NCBI GenBank assembly: GCA_043228905.1 | Contig: JBHGNT010000009.1 | Coordinates: 21,886,001 to 21,950,000 of the forward strand | Direction of reading: 5' to 3' | Length of the DNA: 64,000 nucleotides | From: Azolla caroliniana | Lineage: Eukaryota; Plantae; Polypodiophyta | Shown: in pieces, positions 19,830 to 31,486 of the stretch | Layout of the letters: the number at the start of each line of letters is the position of its first letter | How positions within the stretch are numbered: the first letter of the stretch is position 1 | Position numbers and translations under genes: made by a program | The notes under the pieces: model-generated | The model's database searches: none | What the model saw: the letters and a program-made list of their open reading frames with translations, nothing else | What the model was told of the DNA's origin: nothing

Positions 19830-22003
19830 GGTCATAGCACTAATGATTCGAAGAGCCATCCCTTGGTCTGTGGCTCTTGAAAGTGTGTCCGGTGGCATTG
19901 TCTCTCTAAGAGTGAGAGGGATGCATACCCTTTCGTTAGCCTATCTTTGGTTGCTTGGGTCATCGAGAATTTACTTGAACGAGCACTAAAAGCGACTACT
20001 AGATATACATATGATCCAACTACCTTTACTGGTTTATGAGAGAGGAGTAGACGATGTGTGAAAGATAAGGGCTTTAGTTCTCGTTAGATTCACTACCAAT
20101 CCTCGTTGTGTGCAAAAGTCATCTACGGCATTAAGGTGCTTTTGTAGGTCATGTTCGGACTTTGAGAGCAAAACTATGTCGTCAGCATAGAGTAAGAGAC
20201 TAACTTGCGTGCCCCCAATGGCTATTCCGTTGCCTCCATTGTGAGCAATAAAATCAGTGATCTCATCAATGTAGATCCCAAAAAGAGCCGATGATAGGGG
20301 GCAACCTTGTTTTACGCCAATGGTGCTAGTGAAGCAATTGGAGAGGTCACTTGGGCATTTGATGCACCCAGAGACTTGCTCATATAGAGCATAGATGGCC
20401 AAAATCATGTCATTTGGTATCTCCAAGCGTCTAAGCCTATCAAACAACCGCTCCCTAGGAATTGAGTCAAAGGCTTTGCAGAAGTCCACAAAGCAACAAT
20501 ATAGTTTCTTCTTGTGAGCCTTTTTCTGGTCAATTAAGTATCTAAGTGTGAAGATATGGTCAATAGTGGAGAAGGCTCGTCTAAAGCCAGCCTGCTCAGG
20601 TGCTCAAAAGCTTAAGGTCTCCATATAATCGCTGAGCTCTACTTCCATTACTTCACCATATAGTTTGGCGAGCATATGACCTATCATGATGGTCCTATAT
20701 GTATTTGGGTCCATTGGGTTCCCTGCTTTATGTATAGGGGCCACTATGTTCATGGTCCATTGTGGTGGAAAACCCTCGGCGAGGGCGCAGTTGAAGATTA
20801 GAGCGAGAAAAGGAGTTAGGCACACTCGAGCATATATGATGTGTTGGCTTGCAATCTTGTGTGGTCCATGGACTTCAGATATTGTAATTTTTTTATGACC
20901 TTCATGACCCTAGAGGTCCTGAAAAGAGTCCCCGTAGTAGGTCAAGGTGTGGAAGGCATTGGAATGGGTGGTTGGTTTGGGACGTGGTAGAGTCGCTCTG
21001 TATATGTGTGCGAAGTTTGGGGATCCTCGATGGGTGTTTGTGGTCTCGGTTCCCGTAGTCTCTTCCATGCAAGGGCGCAGTCCCTACTCATGAGCATGTG
21101 GTAGAGTTCCTTATATTGAGATGCTTCCCAAGCTCGTCTTTTACGACGTGTCATCTTACGCATCTCTTTGCGAGCTTGTACTGAGGAAATAGTACCACTA
21201 AGTTGCGACACTTTAAGTTGTCTATACAAAGCTCTACAATCTTCATCATACCACCTATTCTGTGGCATAAACCCTATTCTATTTTGATTGGAGTGTTTCG
21301 TGTATGGAAAGCTATTAATCGCAACTGAGTGAAGGATGTGCGTGAGTTCTGTAGTTAGGTTCTCTAAAGGTAGGGAAGAATCAATAGAGGAGAGTTGGGC
21401 TTGAACATGTCGGGAGTAGATGTCGGAGAGCTCATGTGTGAAATGTATGGTGGTGTGATGGTTTGGTTGACTAGAGTTGGTGGCGTTGGAGGTGTCGCAC
21501 TTTAGCTCAAAGTATAGGAAGCTATGGTCTGCACCAATAGGGCATGGGGCCACCTGGGAGGAGTTAATCATGTGGGTAGCTTCAAGGCTTCCTATGAGGT
21601 AATCAATTGTGCTTTCCCTTCCTCCATGTGGGAAACATGTGAGCTCTTCCGAGCCCGGCCACTTGGCTAGACCATTATATATGATCATCGGGTGTCGACT
21701 TCCAAGTTCAAGAAAATGGTGGCCAAAGCTTGTGGTGTCTGCACCTTGATCTTTTGACCTACGTGTGATGCCTATGGCTAAAGGGTCGACATTCACCATT
21801 TCTAGGTTTTTATCCATCTTAAATAGTGTGCATTGTCGGGATTGGGTTTGCACATTGAAGTCTCCTACGAGGAAGACTTCCTGTTGCCGGTTAGGAACAT
21901 GGCCTACCCTTAGTCCTTCGGGGTAGGTATCAAGGTGATCGTGGTGCAAGGGAGAGGAGGTTGGCATAGCGTGTAGGATGTAGGGACTTACGCAGTAGAG
22001 CAT
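19830..22003 (-). mobile_element. Decayed LINE ORF2 fragment (APE endonuclease + RT; RTE-X/L2-like)
   Basis: FLVGDFN, STIDYL, ADHS (20942-22003); PIHKAG..NTYRTI; DFCKAFDS, GVKQGCPLS, LLYADD (20034-20825). Confidence 0.88.
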
Positions 22004-22830
22004 TGTCGTGCCTTTCGGCGCCGGATCGTTGCGTGAGTCGGGTGGGAACCGATGGGGTTTTGGACTAGGAGGAGGAAGAGTTTGAGACTAATTAGAATAT
22101 AGATAGGTTGTACGAAAGAGATATAGAAACCTTGTGAATCCCACGAGTGTATTGTATTAGATTAATCAATATTAAGATAATAATATGAATTTAGATAGAA
22201 AGAGAAGGATATAGAAATCTCGTGAATTCCATGAGTATAATTTATTAATTGGTGTTTTTTAGAAATATATCCAATTTCCAAATTTTTCACACACCTATTA
22301 ATTGTGCTCCCCATCCGTATATAATGATGAGAGAGTCTTAGCAATCCATGCTTTTTCTATCAATAGACTATATGCTTTATCTAACATGCTTTTTTTTTCT
22401 AAAGTAGTCATGTTTTTTCTAACTTGATGCGTTTTTATCGACAATAGTGTTCATGCACGCTAGATGTGCATGTGTAACTTTTTCTTTTATCATGCGTTTT
22501 CTTCTAACTAAAGTTTATCCTAGTGTGCACTTACGTTTCTATGTGGGACGTCTATTTTTTAACACTAATGACATATTAGTGTAATGGTAAAGTTTCACAT
22601 TTGTAGGAAGCAAACATATAGAAACTGTGGGCACAAAACCATGATTTTAGCCCATGGTTTCAACTTGTGGTTTTAGCCTCTGGGTTTAGCCCATGGTTTT
22701 TGCATGGAGAGACCTATAAAAGCCTATAGTAAGGAGGCAAGTGATGTAAGTAAAAAAGAAACTTTTAATCAAAGATCTGAGTTATCCTAATGGTGTTGTA
22801 TCTTGTCTCGTAAAACTAAAGTCAAGGGTT

Positions 22831-22864
<34 letters not shown>

Positions 22865-22982
22865 ATCCATCTATCTATCTTCAATACTTTCTCGCTTACG
22901 CTGCTAAAAACATCGAATCCTTCCGGTCCAGGACCCCGGTGGTCCCGCTTCATTTCGTGAACACGCGAGGATTTCCTCGATA
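22004..22982 (+). repeat. Probable solo/recombinant LTR related to the Gypsy 1 family
   Basis: Starts TGTCGTG and has TATAAAA at about 22715. The 3' part (22860-22975) resembles Gypsy 1 U5 (TCC..GGTCCAG.ACCCCGG.GGT.CCGC.TCA). No matching TSD; it joins two different elements. Confidence 0.55.
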
Positions 22983-23939
22983 ACGGAAGCCGGTGTTGCT
23001 TCCCGAGTTGGCAGGTTTCACAAATTTGGGTCTTCCGGCCACTAAATTTTGGCAATCCAAAAACAACCTATTTCGATTGCAGGTCTTGAAGCCTCTAATA
23101 GTTGACGTGGCCAATCCGCTTGTGCCACAGGTCGATCTCCGATTCGACCTTCTGTCCTTTTGCGAACATAGCGGTGTCGACGTCGTTGGTGTCTCGGATA
23201 AACATCCTCCCGTCCCGGTGCCCTTGCGCAAACTGCACCTGCATCCCCTGGTCGATGATCTGCCCAACCGACACCAGGTTCTTTGTGATTGTTGGAATAT
23301 GTAGTACGTTCATCAACTTTCCCTTTTGTCCGACCTAGGTTAAAGGGACTTCTCTAACATGCACAATTTCGACAACTCCCTGTTGCTCTGGCTTTTCCAA
23401 AAACAAGAACCACTCTTCATGGCTCGTCATGTGGTTTGATGCTCTGGAGTCAACGTGCCACACTTCCTCCGATCCGGAAGTGGTCTTCTTCATCGAGTTC
23501 ACCTTGTGCTTCATCACAAAGGCTGGCCCTTTTCCGGTCTTTCCGGTTTCGGATCCTTTCGATCCTTCTGCAAAGTATGAGCTTTGCCGGCTCCCTTGTC
23601 CGGTCTTGCTGGATCCAGATTTATCCGACTTGGCGCGCTTCTTCCAGCACTCACTTTCCCAGTGGCCTTTCTTGCCACAACACCAGCATTCCGTGTCGGT
23701 TTTCCCTACTAGTGGAGGGTCCGGAACTACTATCGGCACTATCTTTGTGCCTTTGGTTCTGCTCTTCTCAGCCGCTTGCATTGCGTGCAGACCGACCTCG
23801 TCCTCCACGCCCACGGGGCCAATTCGCCTTCGTGTACAACATCCGGTTGTCCGATTGAGTGGTCCTTGACCCACTCGCGTGGTTTTCTTCGACCATAAGC
23901 ATCGATTGTAGGTTGAAGAAGGACGGTGGTTACTCCTAG
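22983..23939 (-). pseudogene. Copia B gag C-terminus/protease/GAG-pre-integrase (continues from 40286-40791)
   Basis: CWCCGKKGHWESEC, WHVDSRASNH, LWHKRIGH, CETCQLGKQ; same family as Copia A. Confidence 0.85.
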
Positions 23940-24645
23940 TGTCGCGTTATTACGCGTGTGCGTGTGGAAGGGGCGGGACCACGGGGGTCTCGGATGAGGG
24001 AGAAGAGGGATGTCAAGAACCGACGCTGGGCACGACCCTGACGCAACCGAACACGAGAGAGAGAGAGAGAGACAAAGGAGAGGGAGAGCGCGCACGCGAC
24101 ACCGACTCTTATGCATAGGAAGCAAGGGGTTGTGCTTCCGACACCACCAAATACACCAATATGCACAAAGAGGTACGAGTATGTATATTACAAGGGAAAG
24201 AATACATCCTGGGCTTCGAGCCGGACCAAGGTAGGTTAGGTTACAACAGCAGTATGCTGCCAAGCCGTAGATCGGGAGAGCTCTCGGGCTCGTCGCGCCG
24301 AGCGGGGCCTTGCATAGGAGACCGAGCAGAAACAACCCTAAACAAACACAAACTCTCAACCCACACGACGAAGAAAAGGAAGAAGAAGAAACTAACCCTA
24401 AATCTAACAATATACCCTCTAACACAAAATGGGCAACCCCTTCACAAAGGGTGCTCCCTTCCTTTTATAGAACAAGGAGAGGGATGCATAACAATGTGGG
24501 ATAAATCCCTTATTACATGGGATCCTCTATCCCGACTTAACTCCTAATATTCACATGTTTTTACAAGGGTAAGTGCCCATGGTGCACTCCGCCAATTCTT
24601 CTGATATTCCCCGGTTTCTCACTATGGCCCAGAATCTTCATAAAA
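23940..24645 (-). repeat. 3' LTR of the Gag-only element
   Basis: Direct repeat of 39566-40285 with numerous substitutions. Confidence 0.9.
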
Positions 24646-26003
24646 TCTTCCCCCACCAAACCACACGTCCACCGGTACGTGCCAAGTTCGGAGAAGGGTG
24701 AGAGATTCCTGCCAGTGAGGAACCAGTCCTCCGTGACCTGCATCCCGGCTTGCCGCGTCGACCGCTGCCGGTTTGAACCGTCGGCTCCGGTTCATCCTTC
24801 ATGTTTGCCTCTCCGTAGGCTCGTTCGACCCGTCAATAGGTCGTCCGCCGTGATCCCGTAGTACACGTGCCCCGTTGTTGGCCCTTCTTTCGACCACATG
24901 CACACTTCTCATTCCTTCAGATACATGGTGTCCTCCGCTTGAGGATCACCTCGTAGTAGCCTGCTTGGCCGCTTTCGTTGCGCTACTACCACCGGTTTAG
25001 AGCCTTCTGCTTTCCGTCGTCCCCTCGCCGCCACCTTCCTTCTCCTTGGTCTTACATTGCCGCGTTGGCTCGAACTACCAAGGTCTCCGGGACCCGGTGT
25101 GGAGGATCCCTCTCCGGCCATCTACCTTGTTCTGGTCTTCATTCTGCGTAGTTTGTTTATGCGTGCCCGTGTTCTTGTTCCCGACACCGCCATGTGCCAT
25201 CTTCCGCCTTCCTTGCTCAACACCATCTGTGTTGAACACCGTCCCGTACCCGTGCTTTGCTTTGGCCCTCGGTGGCCACACGCACGCCTTCCGTTTTGCT
25301 TTTAGGTGTGCCCTTTTCGGCTCGACACACCTCTGCTTAATCGGGTGTCCCTCACAGCTTATCGGAAGATCACCCTTGCCGCGTCCTAGCCCGCATGGCC
25401 TCCTTCATTCTCGTAACGCCTCGGCTGGTCAGTGCCTATACTGTTGCCGCCTTTGTCCCCTTGCCGCCACCTTCCATTACCCTCAGTCTCACGTTGCCAC
25501 GTCGGCCGAATAGCCGGGGTCTCCGGGCAGGTGTGAAGGATCCTTCTCGGGCCTATGTTTTGTTGGGTCACCAACTCGTGTACCAAGCGCGTCCGATCTT
25601 TGTCTTGCCGACCCCGCCGGTTGGGCCCGTATCTAGTTCGTGGCCGCCTCGCCGGCCTCATACCTCCTTTCACTCTGCTTTCCGTCGTCCGATCACGTTC
25701 ACCTACCGCCACAGATCTCTCCTACAGGACTCACGCCGGCACTCGAGCCGACCGCCGGATCGGTGTGAGGATCTTCGTGGGACTTTCCCCTTTGCCATCT
25801 CGATTGCCCGCCTTGCTTCCGCCACCGTTCTTCTCTCTTGGACTCACGCTAGACCTAGTTGCCGACTGCCGGTGGGTCTAGACCGGTGTGTGTAAGGTCA
25901 TTGTAGCACCGCTTGCCGTCTTCCCGACCTCCGCATCGGCCCGTTCGGCCAGTCACGTTCACCTGCCGCCACCGATCTCTCCTATAGGACTCACGTTGGC
26001 TCT

Positions 26004-26129
26004 TGTCAGGAACTCTATTAAGGCAGAGAAGGAATTAGTACTAAAAGAAGGATTAGTACTATTGTCGGGGAATAGTACTAAGACAGAGAAGGATTAGTAC
26101 TATGAGAGGTGTCGAACTTTGAGAGAAGG

Positions 26130-26174
<45 letters not shown>

Positions 26175-26464
26175 TGATGCGAAAGATATATGTATTATAT
26201 GAAGGAAGATATACAACAGTGGTTAGAAGGCTTAAGACTGGCGTTGAACCGATTTGGTTCGAACTAATGCCTTGCGCCTCCTTTTATAGTGTCTTCAGGA
26301 ATACTCCTGAAGTTTCTAGAATGTTCCAGAGAAATCTGGAATATACATCAATTTCCTAATAAAACCTAAATGAAAATAATATCCTTCAAATTACAATTCA
26401 TAACCTAATGGTAAAGTCTCGACCCGTGTAATAAAAGGTTATGGGTTCGAGTCTAGTTATGACA
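26004..26464 (-). repeat. 3' LTR of the chromovirus
   Basis: TGTCA...TGACA; repeat of 31314-31776. Confidence 0.95.
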
Positions 26465-29400
26465 CTATCCCCCCTTTAAAACGACGAGTTCCACGAGTCG
26501 TTTTGGATTGAGGACCCGGTTTCTCGGGATATCGTCGATGGAAGTCTTCTAGAAGAGCACGAGCATTGGTCACATTCTCGATCGGTTCCCAAGTACGCTC
26601 GCTGGGACTATATCCTAGCCAATCGACTAGATAGTAGAGCTTGTTGCGAACAATCTTGGAATCGAGGATGGCAGCGACCTCATACTCAGGTCCATCTTCG
26701 AGCTCGATAGGAGGTGGTGGTTGTATAGTACGTCCTGGGATAGTGCTCTCGTGATAGGGTTCGAGGAGAGAACTATGAAACACCGGATGTATCCGAAGTT
26801 GCGGAGGTAGCTCGAGACGAAAAGCGACATCATTAATCTTCCCGATAATACGGAAAGGACCTAATCGCCGATAATCCAACTTCTCACATGGGCGAGTAGT
26901 CTTGATGTGTCGTCGTAGCAGCCACACCCGATCTCCAATGTTAAAACTGGATGGAAGTCGATGACGATCTGCGTAGTCCTTGTGTGATTGTTGAGCTTGC
27001 TGGAGTTGAGTAGATAAATCCGCTTGTATCTTGCGTAACCGCTCCAAACGATCCTCCGCGCAAGGATTTGTGGACACTTCTGGGGTTTCAAGGACACACC
27101 ACCGGGGATGATATCCTGTATAAGCGTAGAATGGCGTGACTTTAGTCGATGCGTGGATAGCGTTATTATAGGCAAATTCGGCGAACTGAAGAATATCTGC
27201 CCAGTCATTCTGATGATAGTTGAGAAAGCACCGCAGATACTGCTCCAGTGTTTGATTTGTTCGTTCGGCTTGACCGTCGGTTTGTGGGTGGTAGCCGGAG
27301 GAGAGGTTACAAGTGACCTTCAGCATTTTAAAAAGGTGCTTCCAGAATTTTGACACAAACTGGGGTCCACGATCGCTGATGATATTATCAGGGAGTCCAT
27401 GATGCCGACATACTTCCCGCATGACAATTTCGGCGGTGTCTTCACTAGATATTTCTTTAGTACATGGTAAGAAATGAGCCATCTTCGTATATCGATCCAC
27501 CACTGTGAGAATCGCACTGAATCCCTTAGAGACTGGAAGATCTGTAATGAAGTCAAGAGCAATGGATTGCCATGGCTTGCTTGGAATTGGTAATGGTTCT
27601 AATAAACCATATGGATGATGTCTTGGCATTTTCGCTCTGCAGCATGTATCGCAAGTCCGAACAAAATCTTCGACAAATTGTCGCATACGGGGCCACCAGA
27701 ATGATCGTTGTACTAAATCTAATGTTTTAGTACTACCAAAATGTCCTGCTGTATATGTGTCATGGCAGTTTTGTACTACTCGAAGGCGGCAAGAACCATT
27801 AGGAACATACAAAAGTTCTTTAAAGAAGAGTAATCCATCACAGTATTTGAATTGCCGATAATCCGTACCTGGTGATTGTGATTGTGAACATGACGCTCGA
27901 GAGGGGTCAATTTGTGCTAGTATAGCTTGGGCGAAAGCGTCAGTCTTCAAGTCCTCACGTATAGTATTGGTAATGTCGGAATCCACGGGCATGTCAAAGA
28001 CCTGTGCTGCTTGCAGTCGTGCTGGACCCAAGATTACTTGCTTCTGGTTATCGAAAGCTGGCTCACCGGGACGTGGTGTTAGATACGAACGCCGTGATAA
28101 TGCATCTGCCTTCCCTTGGTGCTTCCCCGGACGATATGTAATTTTGAAGTCGAAGCGTGTGAGGAAGTGGGCCCACCGAGCTTGACGTCGATTCAGTACA
28201 CGAGCATCTTGAAAGTAGGCAAGGTTCTTGTGGTCACTGAATACAGTGACCTGATGAGGAGATCCCTCCAGGAAATGCCTCCATTGCATAAAAGAATCAA
28301 CTATTGCTAATAGCTCTTTATCATGAATTTCGTAGTTGATTTCGGCGGCGTCAAACTTACGGGAGTGGAAAGCCACAGGATGTAGCTTCTCGTCGTTACC
28401 TTGTTGTGACAGAATGCTCCCCAATGCGAAATCCGATGCGTCAGCTTCGATAATGAATGGTTTTTCCGGATCCACATGACCTAAAATTGGAGCTGATGTA
28501 AACGCCTTCTTAAGACTCTCGAAAGCCATGTCCGTCTCTTTAGACCAGATGAATGATTGTCCCTTCCTGGTGAGCTGTGTGAGAGGCAGCACAATTTTTG
28601 AGTAATTTTGTATGAACTTCCGGTAAAAATTTGCAAAGCCTAGGAAGCATTGCACATCCCGCACCGAACGCGGAGTGTGCCATTCTATCACCGTTTTGAC
28701 CTTGGCTGGGTCCATAGATATGCCTTCTGAGGAGATGACATAGCCGAGAAACTCCACTTGGTTGCACCCGAAACTACATTTCTCTAACTTTGCATACAGA
28801 CCATGTTCTCGAAGTCGTTTTAGTACTAATAGTACATGAGAATCATGTTCTTCTTGGGTCTTTGAATAAACCAGTAGATCATCCAAATAGATGATCAAAA
28901 AATCATCCAAGAGATCTCGAAATATATCATTCGCCATGTGCTGGAAGACTGCCGGCGCATTAGTGAGTCCGAACGGCATGACCGTATACTCGAAGTGCCC
29001 ATATCTGGTGCGAAACGCGGTCTTCCATTCATCTCCTGGTCGGATCCGTACGAGGTTATAGGCTCCTCGTAAGTCGATCTTCGTGAAGAACCTGGCACCG
29101 TTGATCCGTTCTAAAAGACTTGAGATAAGGGGAAGAGCATACCTATTTCTTACTGTGACCTTATTCAAGCCACGGTAATCTACAACGAGTCGAAGCGAGC
29201 CATCTTTTTTCTTGACGAAGAAAATGGGTGCGCCGGCTGGAGATTTCGAATGCCGAATGAAACCGTTCTCCAAATTCTCCTCTATATAGGCTCGAAGGAC
29301 TTCTAGCTCGGTTGGTGACAAATTGTAGATCGGCCCCCATGGCGGCTCTTTTCCCGGTTGTAAGTCGATGGCGCAATCGTACGGCCGATGATGAGGAAGT

Positions 29401-30053
29401 GTGTTGGCTTGTACTTTATCGAACACATCAGCATACTGATGATACTTCTCGGGAAGTTGAACGGTGGACTCCTCTTTGGTGGTGCTGGAGGGTTGTACTG
29501 ATATTGCGAAGAGAAACATTTCCTCCTTGCGCCCTTCCTCACGCAACTGACGTAGCGAAATGGTTGCAACCTTCTGGGTAGATCCTTGGGTTTGTCGCAA
29601 CTGGATTTCCCTTGTCCTCCAATCTATGTCTGGGTTATGTAACTCGAACCATGGTAATCCTAAAACTATGGGATGTTCTGGAATACTAATAATATTAAAT
29701 GATACTACACATGTTAAGTTATCTAGGACAATATTAACGGGTTCCGACTCTTCTATGATATTACCAGAAGCAATGGGACGACCATCAATGACTACTACTG
29801 AGGCTGGACATGGGAGCTTTCTGAGAGATATCTGATGAGCTCGGGCAAAATTCCTATCCATGAAGCAAGAATTAGCTCCGGAATCTAGAAGGGCTAAGGT
29901 ATGTACTGGAGGGGTACTTTTAGTACTAACTGCTACTTGGGCTACGAACACATCACTAACTTGCTTAGAGGGAATGGAACCACTAATGGGCTGCACAGAT
30001 CTAGGGCTGTCCAACCAAACGGCTCCTATTTTGGCTAGACTTAGTCGTTTAAC
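26457..30053 (-). CDS. Chromovirus Pol: protease-RT-RNaseH-integrase-chromodomain (-1 frame from Gag)
   Basis: LLDSGA, VMPFGLTNAP, IYLDD, EADASDFALG, ISDRGPQF, HPQTDGQAER, GPF, chromodomain EYEVAAILDS...YLVDWLGYSPSERTWEP. Confidence 0.96.
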   Translation of the reverse strand, partial: VKRLSLAKIGAVWLDSPRSVQPISGSIPSKQVSDVFVAQVAVSTKSTPPVHTLALLDSGANSCFMDRNFARAHQISLRKLPCPASVVVIDGRPIASGNIIEESEPVNIVLDNLTCVVSFNIISIPEHPIVLGLPWFELHNPDIDWRTREIQLRQTQGSTQKVATISLRQLREEGRKEEMFLFAISVQPSSTTKEESTVQLPEKYHQYADVFDKVQANTLPHHRPYDCAIDLQPGKEPPWGPIYNLSPTELEVLRAYIEENLENGFIRHSKSPAGAPIFFVKKKDGSLRLVVDYRGLNKVTVRNRYALPLISSLLERINGARFFTKIDLRGAYNLVRIRPGDEWKTAFRTRYGHFEYTVMPFGLTNAPAVFQHMANDIFRDLLDDFLIIYLDDLLVYSKTQEEHDSHVLLVLKRLREHGLYAKLEKCSFGCNQVEFLGYVISSEGISMDPAKVKTVIEWHTPRSVRDVQCFLGFANFYRKFIQNYSKIVLPLTQLTRKGQSFIWSKETDMAFESLKKAFTSAPILGHVDPEKPFIIEADASDFALGSILSQQGNDEKLHPVAFHSRKFDAAEINYEIHDKELLAIVDSFMQWRHFLEGSPHQVTVFSDHKNLAYFQDARVLNRRQARWAHFLTRFDFKITYRPGKHQGKADALSRRSYLTPRPGEPAFDNQKQVILGPARLQAAQVFDMPVDSDITNTIREDLKTDAFAQAILAQIDPSRASCSQSQSPGTDYRQFKYCDGLLFFKELLYVPNGSCRLRVVQNCHDTYTAGHFGSTKTLDLVQRSFWWPRMRQFVEDFVRTCDTCCRAKMPRHHPYGLLEPLPIPSKPWQSIALDFITDLPVSKGFSAILTVVDRYTKMAHFLPCTKEISSEDTAEIVMREVCRHHGLPDNIISDRGPQFVSKFWKHLFKMLKVTCNLSSGYHPQTDGQAERTNQTLEQYLRCFLNYHQNDWADILQFAEFAYNNAIHASTKVTPFYAYTGYHPRWCVLETPEVSTNPCAEDRLERLRKIQADLSTQLQQAQQSHKDYADRHRLPSSFNIGDRVWLLRRHIKTTRPCEKLDYRRLGPFRIIGKINDVAFRLELPPQLRIHPVFHSSLLEPYHESTIPGRTIQPPPPIELEDGPEYEVAAILDSKIVRNKLYYLVDWLGYSPSERTWEPIENVTNARALLEDFHRRYPEKPGPQSKTTRGTRRFKGGIVS

Positions 30054-31210
30054 TCTTCTTCTAATTGGCTAAGGATATCAAATTTGTTTGCGAGATTCGG
30101 ACTATTAGTACTATTAGGACTATTATGACTATGAGGACTATCAGAGATTCCTACTGAAATAGACTCGGGTTTAGTATAGTCAGAACTAACAACGACTTGG
30201 TTTACCTGCCTTCTTGGTCTATGGGGACAGTTTATCGCGATATGCCCTGGTCCACCGCAATAAAGGCATAATCGGTTTGTTCGGCGTCGTTGCTTTTCCT
30301 CCTCCGATAGCGGCCCACGACGACGTGTAGTGTCAATTTCCATTGGAGTTGGAGTACTTACTGGAGGCGCATTATGTGACTCCCTTTGAAAAGGTTTCGC
30401 TACCACTGAGGCATAGGTAGGCTCGGATCTTGCCCTCGGCATCTGAAATTGTCGTTCCGAACGTCGCTCGAAGAGGCGGTTGTCACATCTGACCGCTCGA
30501 CTGATTGCTTCTGTTAATGATTTTGGCTCTTCAGGGAAAGTCAAGAGTAAATCCTTGACATCGTTGCGTAGACCATAGCGGAACTGCTCCATCAATGCTT
30601 GATCATCCCAGGGGATATCGGCGGCGAGTAGGCGGAAATCTGCAGCATATGCGGAGGCTGGACGGTCACCTTGGCGTAATCGCCGGATTTTATTGATTGC
30701 AGTCCTTATGCTGTCAGTATCTCCAAAACATGCTTTAAACTCACTTATGAATTCTTCAAAATTATTTAGTACTGGAGATTCCTTTTCTAGTAGCGGAGCG
30801 AACCATGCTAATGCTGAGCCATTTAACAACGTGCCTACTAAACCCACTCGTGATGCATCGGTGGGATATCGGGACGGATGCATTTGAATAACTAACCGTA
30901 CCTGGTTAAGAAACCCTCTAAACTGCGATCGCGTTCCATCGAACTTCGTGGGAAGGCCAATCTTGGGTTCTTTATGAATCCCTTGTGCTCCGTGCCCTTG
31001 TTGTTGCATTGCTACGATGGTTGCTTCGAGTTGTTGCACGCGTAACGCAAGTTCCCCATGCTGTTGTTGCGTTTGCTGCTTTTCTAAGGAAATTTGCTGA
31101 AGATCCCCCAACAAGCGTTGATTTTCTTGTTCCAAAGCATGAAACTTCTCTTTCAAGCATTGAAATTCCGAGAAAACGGATTGATACTCTTCAGCGCTAA
31201 CGGTGGCCAT
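30041..31210 (-). CDS. Chromovirus Gag (coiled coil, capsid, CCHC knuckle)
   Basis: PTKFDGTRSQFRGFL, LRQGDRPASAYAADF, PTPMEID, CLYCGGPGHIAINC. Confidence 0.95.
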   Translation of the reverse strand: MATVSAEEYQSVFSEFQCLKEKFHALEQENQRLLGDLQQISLEKQQTQQQHGELALRVQQLEATIVAMQQQGHGAQGIHKEPKIGLPTKFDGTRSQFRGFLNQVRLVIQMHPSRYPTDASRVGLVGTLLNGSALAWFAPLLEKESPVLNNFEEFISEFKACFGDTDSIRTAINKIRRLRQGDRPASAYAADFRLLAADIPWDDQALMEQFRYGLRNDVKDLLLTFPEEPKSLTEAISRAVRCDNRLFERRSERQFQMPRARSEPTYASVVAKPFQRESHNAPPVSTPTPMEIDTTRRRGPLSEEEKQRRRTNRLCLYCGGPGHIAINCPHRPRRQVNQVVVSSDYTKPESISVGISDSPHSHNSPNSTNSPNLANKFDILSQLEEELND

Positions 31211-31313
31211 GGGATGAAGGAAAAGGGGAATAAGAGACTAATAGGAAAGGAGGGAGACAGAAGGAAGAGGGAGAGAAAAGACCAGACAGGCACCGAGGAA
31301 AATCGGTTCAAAC

Positions 31314-31439
31314 TGTCAGGAACTCTATTAAGGCAGAGAAGGAATTAGTACTAAAAGAAGGATTAGTACTATTGTCGGGGAATAGTACTAAGACAGAGAA
31401 GGATTAGTACTATGAGAGGTGTCGAACTTTGAGAGAAGG

Positions 31440-31486
<47 letters not shown>

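Larger units (their letters stand above)
16534..19830 (+). mobile_element. Penelope-like element (PLE), endonuclease-deficient, with ORF1, frameshifted RT and 3' hammerhead (boundaries approximate)
   Basis: PLE-type RT ORF, hammerhead motif and a strongly G-poor plus strand distinct from both flanking LINE fragments; no TSD identified. Confidence 0.8.

Noticed and set aside
22625-22705. Short CCATGGTTTT/TTAGCC repeats as an independent element
   Set aside because: Degenerate mini-repeats just upstream of the TATA box in the LTR-like segment; no further structure is supportable.
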